Shown here: piece by piece, positions 57,253-64,000 of the stretch
How positions within the stretch are numbered: the stretch's first letter is position 1
How the letters are laid out: every line of letters starts with the position of its first letter
From: an uncultured Candidatus Rokubacteria bacterium
GTDB lineage: Bacteria > Methylomirabilota > Methylomirabilia > Rokubacteriales > CSP1-6
Direction: 5' to 3'
Length of the DNA stretch: 64,000 bases
NCBI GenBank assembly: GCA_963754315.1
Contig: CAVWFS010000003.1
Location: 97,261 to 161,260, forward strand
Position numbers and translations under genes: made by a program
Notes under the pieces: generated by a model
Told to the model about the DNA's origin: nothing
The model's input: only the letters and a program-made list of their open reading frames with translations
Databases searched by the model: none

Positions 57253-57623
57253 GGCCGGGTCATTCTATCATCGGCCTCCCCCTCTCTGCCGGCCGGCCGT
57301 GGGTGCCGGGGCCAGCGCCAGGTCAATCGCGGCCACGCGCGCTGTGCGGCTGGCGTCTGCAGCAGGACGAGGAGAGCCATCGCGAAACAGAACGTCGCCC
57401 AGTTTCTGCCGATCACGCCGCGCAGCCCGACCGCCGATAGGAAGACATAGGCGGCGAAGCGGGCGCGCGGGTGCTGCCGCCAGAGGAGCCAGCCGACTGC
57501 CGCTCCCAGCAAGCCGGAGACCCAGCGGAGTTCGGTGATCATTGCCACCAGCGCATACGCGACCAGCGCCACCACCATGAACGGGACGATCAGATGATGG
57601 CGCCAGGCGGGATCGAGGAGCAT
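57249..57623 (-). CDS. Hypothetical membrane protein
   Basis: Four hydrophobic segments; stop overlaps the next start. Confidence 0.6.
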   Translation of the reverse strand: MLLDPAWRHHLIVPFMVVALVAYALVAMITELRWVSGLLGAAVGWLLWRQHPRARFAAYVFLSAVGLRGVIGRNWATFCFAMALLVLLQTPAAQRAWPRLTWRWPRHPRPAGREGEADDRMTRP

Positions 57624-57738
57624 GACGCGAGCGTAGGGGGACCGCGGCGGGCTGTCAAAGCGGAAGGTGTGTGCTACGGTTACAGCCGTCACCCGAAGCG
57701 GGGTCGCGATCGCCTCTGTAGTGGCACCGGAGAGACTG

Positions 57739-58137
57739 ATGGCCCAGCAGCCCGTGGAGATGATCCTCGTTCGCCAGCTGGCGGGATACCTTTACGTCCC
57801 GGTCCTGGTCGTGGACACGACGGGCACGGTGGTCTTCTACAACGAACCCGCCGAGCGAATTCTCGGGGTGCGCTTCGAGGAGACGGGGCGTATTGGCCCC
57901 GAGGAGGCCGATCGGCTTGTCGAATTGAGCGATGACCCCGCCGCCGGCCCGGAAGAAGCAGGACGACCCTTAGACACCGCCCTTCAGCAGCGGCGCCCCG
58001 CTCATGCGCGCCGTTGGCTGCTGCGCCGTAGCGATCGCGTTCGGCTGCAGGTCGAAGTCACCGCGTTTCCCGTCATCGACCAGGACGAACGTCTGCTCGG
58101 GGCCGTGGTGATGTTCTGGGAGCGGCAAGGGCCGTGA
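57739..58137 (+). CDS. Stand-alone PAS domain protein
   Basis: VVDTTGTVVFYNEPAERILG..GAVVMFW. Confidence 0.8.
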   Translation: MAQQPVEMILVRQLAGYLYVPVLVVDTTGTVVFYNEPAERILGVRFEETGRIGPEEADRLVELSDDPAAGPEEAGRPLDTALQQRRPAHARRWLLRRSDRVRLQVEVTAFPVIDQDERLLGAVVMFWERQGP

Positions 58138-58974
58138 AGGTCACGCCTTATGGTGTGCGAGGCTCGATCGCGGCGCCGGGCCCGGCAACCGCCCGCTACG
58201 GCGGCAACACCTCGTGTGTGCGCGTAACAGACCGGGATGGCACCGTCCTCGTGCTCGACGCAGGAACGGGTATCCGGTCCCTCGCTCTTGAGCTCCCGCC
58301 GGAGCTTCGTCGGGTCGACGTGCTGCTGACCCACCTTCACATGGACCACATCATCGGGCTGGGATTCTTCGCTCCTTTCTACAACCCCGCGAATGGAGGT
58401 CCACATTTGGGGGCCGGCCAGCGTCACGCTTAGCCTGGAGGCGCGCTTGCGCCGGTACCTCGCCCCGCCTCTGTTTCCGGTGCGGCTCCGCGATCTGCCA
58501 TGCCGCCTCGAGCTGCACCACACAGGCCGCGGGCGGTTCTCCATCGGCGCGTTCCGCGTCCGGGCTGCGCGTATATGTCACCCGGGTCCGACGGTAGGTT
58601 ACCGCATCGAGACCGAACAGGGCTTACTCGCATATCTCCCCGACCACGAGCCCGCGCTCGGGGCACGCAGCTTTCCCGTCGACCGGGAGTGGACCTCCGG
58701 CTTCGATCTGGCGCGGGACGTCGACCTGCTCATCCACGATGCGCAATACACGCGCGAGGAGTACCTCCGGTGTGTCGGCTGGGGACACAGCACAATTCAC
58801 GATGCGCTGGCCTTCGCCCGACTGGCAGGCGTGAAGCACTTGGTGCCGTTCCATCACGATCCAGGGCGCGACGACGCCGCGCTCGAAGCGACAATCGGCG
58901 CCGCCATTGCGGACATGAACCCTGACTTTCCGGTGACGCCGGCGGCCGAAGGGCAAAGCTTCGACCTCAGCTGA
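58134..58974 (+). CDS. MBL-fold metallo-hydrolase (frameshift near 58392)
   Basis: GVRGS, YGGNTSC, THLHMDH, HDAQY, GWGHS, FHHDP. Confidence 0.88.
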
Positions 58975-59075
58975 CAGCCCGGTGGACAAGTTGGCCGGCC
59001 TGACGGGCCTTCCGCCACCACAGCTCAGCCCACGATGGTAGAATCGAAGCCCGTCCGGTCGTAAGTGCCCGTCAT

Positions 59076-59112
59076 GCCGGGGTAGCTCAGTGGTAGAGCA
59101 GCTGATTCGTAA
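59076..59112 (+). tRNA. 5' half of tRNA-Thr(CGT), interrupted after the anticodon loop (left att)
   Basis: GCCGGGGTAGCTCAGTGGTAGAGCAGCTGATTCGTAA followed by non-tRNA sequence; no T-arm. Confidence 0.85.
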
Positions 59113-59272
59113 ACCCAGACCGCCCCGTAAGCATTTCACGCGCTTAGCCCAACCCCGCGAAATCACGAGCGACGCGCGTTATCGCGCGCCACCAATTTTA
59201 TTAGTCACCGCTGTCCCTCGGCGATTCCCTCGCAGTCTTGGCACATGCGTGGCACAACGCGGAGTCGTCCCC

Positions 59273-59602
59273 ATGGATCAGGCACCTCTTGAGCTGGCCG
59301 AGCGCCGCTTGCCGGATCTCGGGGACGCCATCGACCAGCACCTGCCAGAGGGCTGTTGCTACGCCGTGCTCTTCTTCACGACTGGAGCTGGCGGCTTCAT
59401 GTCCGCCGTCACCAATGCGGATCGCCCCGGCCTGATCACCGCGCGGCGGGAGTACGCCACGCACCTGATGGAAAACGCACTCCGGTGGGGAACCCACATG
59501 AGGGGCGCTACGCCCGAAGACTGGGCCGGTGCCCGCCTGCCGCGTCGGCTGTGCATGGTGCTGCTACCAGCCGGGATGTCAGCGCGCCGGAGGTGCTCGT
59601 GA
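59273..59602 (+). CDS. Hypothetical protein (element cargo)
   Basis: ATG ORF after GGAG; stop overlaps the next ATG. Confidence 0.4.
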   Translation: MDQAPLELAERRLPDLGDAIDQHLPEGCCYAVLFFTTGAGGFMSAVTNADRPGLITARREYATHLMENALRWGTHMRGATPEDWAGARLPRRLCMVLLPAGMSARRRCS

Positions 59603-60156
59603 TGGCCGGCTGGCTTGAGCGCACGCTCTCCCCGGAGCGGCTCGCGCTGGTGCGGACCCGCATCCGTGAGGCGGCGGCCCAGATCGCCGGCCGCCCCACA
59701 CGTGACCGCTTCGGCGCGCGCCTGGCCTGTCCGCTCCTTGAGGAGGATCGGTGTGTCGTCTATCCGGTGCGGCCCGGTGCCTGCATCGCCGAGAACGCGA
59801 TGGACGCGCGCACCTGTGAGGCCGTCTACCGTGGCGACGATGCTCCGGACACCCTGCATGCGGCGAATCCGAGCATGCGCATCGCGGGCTACATCCCCTC
59901 GGCGACGGCGCACTTGGTCCTCACCGCCGCCGCCGCGCCACCGCCGGAGCCCCTGGAGTTGATCACCGCGCTCAAGATCGCGTTGGACACCCCGGGCGCG
60001 GCTCTCGCCTGGCTTCAGGGCATCCCGATCTTCGCGCCGGCGCGCCGCTCAGTGGAGGACATGCTGGAGGCGGGGGCCGCCTGGGCGCCGGCGGAGAAGA
60101 AGAACGCACCGCGAACTGGCTGTACCGGGGCACGGGCCGCCACAACTTCACCCTGA
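59602..60156 (+). CDS. YkgJ-like cysteine-cluster protein (partial)
   Basis: GGAGG RBS; CPLLEEDRCVVYPVRPGAC. Confidence 0.6.
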   Translation: MAGWLERTLSPERLALVRTRIREAAAQIAGRPTRDRFGARLACPLLEEDRCVVYPVRPGACIAENAMDARTCEAVYRGDDAPDTLHAANPSMRIAGYIPSATAHLVLTAAAAPPPEPLELITALKIALDTPGAALAWLQGIPIFAPARRSVEDMLEAGAAWAPAEKKNAPRTGCTGARAATTSP

Positions 60157-60272
60157 CCACGCTGTACCGGCTGGCCGGCGCGCTGGGTGTGTCCGTCGCC
60201 GAGCTGGTGACGGATGCGACGGCCGGGAGTGAGGTGGTGCCCCGGACGGACGACTTGCCAGGATGCCTATAA
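60135..60272 (+). pseudogene. C-terminal remnant of XRE-family HTH regulator
   Basis: GRHNFTLTTLYRLAGALGVSVAELV, with no intact N-terminus. Confidence 0.6.
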
Positions 60273-60293
60273 CTATGTACACTCCACTGCACA
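60255..60293 (+). promoter_or_regulatory. Sigma70 promoter and probable operator of the TA operon
   Basis: TTGCCA-17 bp-TACACT; TGTACA (60276) and TGCACA (60288) offset by 12 bp. Confidence 0.7.
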
Positions 60294-60308
60294 CAGGAGG
60301 AGGCGGAC

Positions 60309-60578
60309 ATGGCCAGGCTGACCATCACCGAAGCGCGCAAGGCGTTTCTCGATCTGCCCGAGCAGTTGGCGAAGGACCCCGAGCACGCGCTCAGCGTCAC
60401 GCGCCACGGCGAGCCCGTCCTGGCCGTGCTGCCGTGGGAGCTGTATGAGAGCCTCGTCGAGACGCTGGAGATTCTCGACGATCCTGACCTCATGGCGGTG
60501 CTCCGCGCGAGCCTCAAGGACGTGGAGCAGGGGCGCCTGCTCAGCCACGAGGAGGCCAAGCGCCGCCTCGGCGTATGA
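60309..60578 (+). CDS. Phd/YefM antitoxin
   Basis: ITEARKAF, VTRHGEPVLAV, ESLVETLEILDD. Confidence 0.92.
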   Translation: MARLTITEARKAFLDLPEQLAKDPEHALSVTRHGEPVLAVLPWELYESLVETLEILDDPDLMAVLRASLKDVEQGRLLSHEEAKRRLGV

Positions 60579-60925
60579 CCGCCGAGCCTCGGTACACGAT
60601 CCGGTGGCCACGCCCCGCCGTGGAGCATCTGCGCACCATCACCGACCAGCGCGAGCGGGCCCTGATCGTGCAACGCGCCGAGCAGCTCACGATCGCGCCC
60701 GAGCAGCAGGGCAAGCCCCTGCTCGGGCCTCTGGCCCGATGTCGCAGCGTGCGCGCGGTGGGGCAACGCTACCGGATCGTCTACCAGGTCGTCCGCCGCA
60801 CGGTGGTCGTGGTGATCGTCGCCGTGGGCCGGCGCAAGGAGGGCGACCGGGCCGACGTCTACGCGCTGGCGCGGAAGCTCATTCGGCAGCAGCTCGTCGT
60901 GCCTCGAGGGCGAGCCCGGGAATAG
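60575..60925 (+). CDS. RelE/ParE family toxin
   Basis: GKPLLGPL..RSVR..RYRIVYQV..VGRRK; ATGA overlap. Confidence 0.9.
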   Translation: MTAEPRYTIRWPRPAVEHLRTITDQRERALIVQRAEQLTIAPEQQGKPLLGPLARCRSVRAVGQRYRIVYQVVRRTVVVVIVAVGRRKEGDRADVYALARKLIRQQLVVPRGRARE

Positions 60926-60989
60926 GACCACTCTAGACAGCGACGCCCCAGGCGGGCCAGCCCAGGGCGTCGTGAAGAAAGGACCATCA

Positions 60990-61445
60990 ATGACGCTGAC
61001 CAGTCTACCACCCGTGCGGCTCCGCGCCTGGCTCCTGATCGGTCTGCTCATCCTGGCCAGTGCCGGCTGCACGCACCGCGATTGGCCCAGCGACCTGCTG
61101 GTATTCACCGACCTCACAGGCAGGTGGGATGGAACCGTGGCGAATCGCACCGGGAGTGTGACCCGGCCGGTTTCTTGGAGTCTTACACAGAGCGGCACGC
61201 GGGTAACGGGTGAGGCAGCGACCGGAGCGGCAGCAAGGCGGCTGGATGGGAAAATCGAGGGAGTCGTCAACGGCGACGTGTTCAATTTTGGCATCGGTGA
61301 AGCTTCAGCAACAGGGACGTTGACGATCGATGGTGGATGAAATGGCCGGCAACATTGTGGCGGCGGCACCGGAGATGGGCTGCCCGTGCGCCGGGTCCAG
61401 TTCCGCCGCTCGGGACCAGCCCCGACCCCCCGCGCGCAGCCGTGA
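60990..61445 (+). CDS. Hypothetical lipoprotein (probable frameshift near 61335)
   Basis: SAGC lipobox, DLTGRWDG; continues DEMAGNIV in another frame. Confidence 0.55.
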
Positions 61446-61458
61446 GGAGACTGGAGGC

Positions 61459-61626
61459 ATGACCGAAGCGCCGACCCCCTACGGCCTACTCGGCAGCGGC
61501 GACCTTGGCTGGTGCGAGGTCTGCGAGGAGCGGCCCGCCACCCAGCGAGCCCGCTTCGTCGACGCGAGAATCTGCGCGAGCTGTGCTGAAGGTGAACCGG
61601 GAGAGAAAGGAGACGTTGATGGTTAG
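61459..61626 (+). CDS. 55-aa CxxC..CxxC Zn-finger protein coupled to the integrase
   Basis: GGAGG RBS; CEVC and CASC; overlaps the integrase ATG. Confidence 0.6.
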   Translation: MTEAPTPYGLLGSGDLGWCEVCEERPATQRARFVDARICASCAEGEPGEKGDVDG

Positions 61627-62787
61627 AGTCATCTGCCGCACCTGGCGGAGCGGCCCCCGCCGGGTCAAGCGGCTCGCGTGGGGCCTGGATATCCGAGAGC
61701 CCTCGGGCAAACGGACCCGCCTGTATAACTCGGCGTGGACGGAGGCCGACGCCGAGCAGGCCCGCGCCGCCCACCTTCTCGGGCAGGCCGCGCCCGCCCC
61801 GCCGCCCGCGCCGAGCGGACGGTAGTGGTGACACCGATCGAGCCGGCCCGGTCGGCGGCCATGACCTTCGGCCAGGCGATCGAGAAGTACCTCGCGGTGA
61901 AAACGAGCGAGCAGAAGCGCTCCATCCGCGATGACCGCCAGCACCTCGCCCGGCTGCAGGGGGCGTTCGGAGCGACGATCCCGCTCGAGGCCGTCACCGC
62001 GAGTCTGATTGCCGACTACAGGGTCGCGCGGATGCAGACGACCGTGAAGCGTGACGAGACAGGTCATCGCCCCGGCCACGCTCAACCGCGAGCTGGCCAG
62101 TCTACGGTGTCTGCTGCGCCTGGCCGTCGAGGAGTGGCAGGTGCTCGCCGTGATGCCAAAGATCAAGCTCCTCAAGGAACCGGAGGGGCGGCTGCGCTTT
62201 CTCAGCGAGGAGGAGATCGTGCGGCTGCTCGACGTGTGCCGGCGCTCGCTCAATCCCTACCTGGCCACCATTGTCACGGTGGCCATCAACACGGGCATGC
62301 GTCGGGGGGAACTGATGCGCCTGCGCTGGGAGGATGTCGACGTCTCGCGCGGGGTGCTCATGGTCCGCAAGAGCAAGTCCGGCAAGCGCCGCGAGATCCC
62401 GATGAACGAGGCCTGCGATGCCGCGCTCCAGGCACTGCTCGGGTCGAAGATCGAGGGCCCGGTCTTCCGCAAGGCGTCCGGGGCCCGGTGGGGGTCGATC
62501 CGCACCGCCTGGGATGGCGCCTTCCGGCTGGCGAAGCTCGAGGACGTGCACTTCCCCGACTGCGCCACACCTTCGCCTCGCACATGATCATGCGGGGGGC
62601 CACCCTCGTCGACGTCAAGGAACTCCTGGGGCACACCGACATCAAGATGACCATGCGCCACGCCCACCTCTCGCCAGGCCATCGCCGAGCGGCTGTGGAT
62701 AAGCTGGTGGATAACGCCCCCTTGACCCCTCGTTTTTGGCACAACGGTGGCACAAAGGCAGTAGAATCGGGCGTCGTGCGTGCGTAA
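61619..62787 (+). pseudogene. Tyrosine recombinase/integrase, disrupted
   Basis: ATLNRELASL, TGMRRGEL, RKSKSG, LRHTFASH, LLGH. Three frameshifts; FPD instead of FHD and MRHAH instead of MRYAH. Confidence 0.88.
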
Positions 62788-62798
62788 GTCCTTGAAAT

Positions 62799-62830
62799 GC
62801 CGGGGTAGCTCAGTGGTAGAGCAGCTGTTC
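62799..62830 (+). tRNA. Second 5' half of tRNA-Thr (right att), truncated at the anticodon loop
   Basis: GCCGGGGTAGCTCAGTGGTAGAGCAGCTG-TTC followed by pyrE antisense sequence. Confidence 0.8.
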
Positions 62831-63201
62831 ATCCGTCACGATGTCGTCGATGACGACGACCCGCTCCCCCGCCTGGAACGCCCCTTCGATGCGCCGCCCA
62901 GTGCCGTACGCCTTTGCCTCGCGCCGCGGGTAGACGAGCGGGAAGCCGCCGGCAAGGCTCGTGGCGACGGCAAGCGGGAGGCCGGCATACGGGATACCCG
63001 CGATGCGGTCAGCCCGGCAGCGCGACACCTCCGCCGCCATCAGCACGCCCACCTGGGCCAGGACCGTCGGGTGGGAGATCACCACCCGCAGGTCGATGTA
63101 GAAGGGCGACGTGACGCCGACTTGAGCACGAACTCGCCGAAGCGCAGCCCGCCGATCTCGTGGAGCCGCCGGACGAGCGGACCCTGGCCCGGCTCGCTCA
63201 C
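62830..63201 (-). pseudogene. pyrE: Orotate phosphoribosyltransferase, 3' truncated
   Basis: FGEFVLKS, SPFYIDLR, GIPYAGLP, RREAKAYG. Ends inside the PRPP motif VVVIDDIVTD. Confidence 0.85.
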
Positions 63202-63730
63202 GCGGGGATCTCCGAAAGGATCGCGGCCGCGGCGGCGGCCGGGTCGGTGGCCCCCGTGATCGGACGGCCCACCACGAGGTAGTCCGCGCCCGCCCGGACG
63301 GCCAGAGCGGGCGTGGCGGTGCGCGCCTGATCGTCCACGGCGCCACCGGCAGGACGGATGCCCGGGGTCACGATCAGGGCGTCACGCCCGAGGAGCCCCC
63401 GCAGGCGGGCCGCTTCGCGCGGCGAGGCCACGACGCCGTCACATCCCGCGTCTCGCGCGAGGCCGGCGAGGTGCATCACGTGCCCCACTCGACCGCGACC
63501 GGCACGCCGAGCTCCCGATGGAGCGCCGCCCGGTCGAGGCTCCGTGAGCACGGTCACCGCCAGGATCCGCGGGCGATCACGCCCGGCCGCGGCGGCGGCG
63601 GGCTGCGGCCGCCGCGCGCAGCATGGCCGTCCCGCCCGAGGCGTGCACGGTGAGGAGGCCGACACCGAGCCGCGCCGCGGACCGGACACCTCCCGCCACC
63701 GCCGCGGGGATGTCGTGGTACTTGAGGTCA
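63198..63730 (-). pseudogene. pyrF: Orotidine-5'-phosphate decarboxylase, 5' truncated
   Basis: Begins at [38 protein letters not shown]. Confidence 0.88.
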
Positions 63731-64000
63731 CCTCCGGTTGATGTTACAAGAGAAATGATCTCGGAGTCAGCACTTCGTTCGGCTGGAAGTTTTAGCGGAG
63801 AGCTCCTCGCGCTGGGACCTGCGTGTCATCATCCTATCTGTTCGGATAGCATCTGACTATCCGATTGGTTTAGAAGAGAACTCGACTGGAACGCCGACCC
63901 TGTGGGATCAACCCATCAACGCTGCCATAAACCTCTTAGTGTCAAGGCGTTAGCTCAACGTGCCGTCCGCAGCCACGACGGTGACATTCTCTGGCACGTC

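Larger units (their letters stand above)
59076..62830 (+). mobile_element. Integrative element in tRNA-Thr(CGT) bounded by duplicated tRNA 5' halves
   Basis: Direct repeat at 59076 and 62799, tyrosine integrase adjacent to the right copy, TGGCACA doublets at both ends, TA cargo. Confidence 0.85.

Noticed and set aside
59239..59254. Sigma54 promoter (TGGCAC-N5-TGGC)
   Set aside because: The -12 element is not TTGC, and the same doublet recurs at the other end of the element, which fits arm-type sites better.
63731..64000. IS end or gene in the terminal lower-GC stretch
   Set aside because: Too short; no recognisable inverted repeat or coding signature within the window.

Overview
High-GC bacterial chromosomal segment. 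Gene content and the GC-rich intergenic hairpin repeats suggest Candidatus Rokubacteria/Methylomirabilota; this is an inference. Many conserved genes carry single-base indels, which look like long-read consensus errors. Left to right the window holds: the end of a respiratory operon (CtaF-like membrane protein, dihaem cytochrome c, Rieske protein, cytochrome b-c fusion, CtaG); YccA; three paralogous lipoproteins with a 3x78-bp repeat; USP, DedA, DegP, rhomboid and a divergent HppA; MltD and MoaD; a 4x~105-bp palindromic array before tRNA-Sec, then selA, selB and tatA; two GT-C-like membrane proteins; ileS-lspA-rluD-glmU-glmS; a degraded vapBC at attTn7; pcrA-gatCAB-ftsEX-envC-ctpA-tsaD-ntrBC; a PIN pair; TPP-riboswitch thiC; and an LLM/hydrolase/SDR/HAD cluster with a mini-SWIB gene, dacA and HU. 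The most unusual part is 58980-63730. A ~3.7-kb tyrosine-integrase element is inserted in the anticodon loop of tRNA-Thr(CGT) and duplicates the 5' half of the tRNA plus its promoter. Arm-type repeats and an IHF-like site are visible, along with a likely earlier tandem integrant. It is followed by an abrupt junction into a doubly truncated pyrF-pyrE fragment. A dispersed, covarying two-hairpin REP-like family occurs at about seven intergenic sites.
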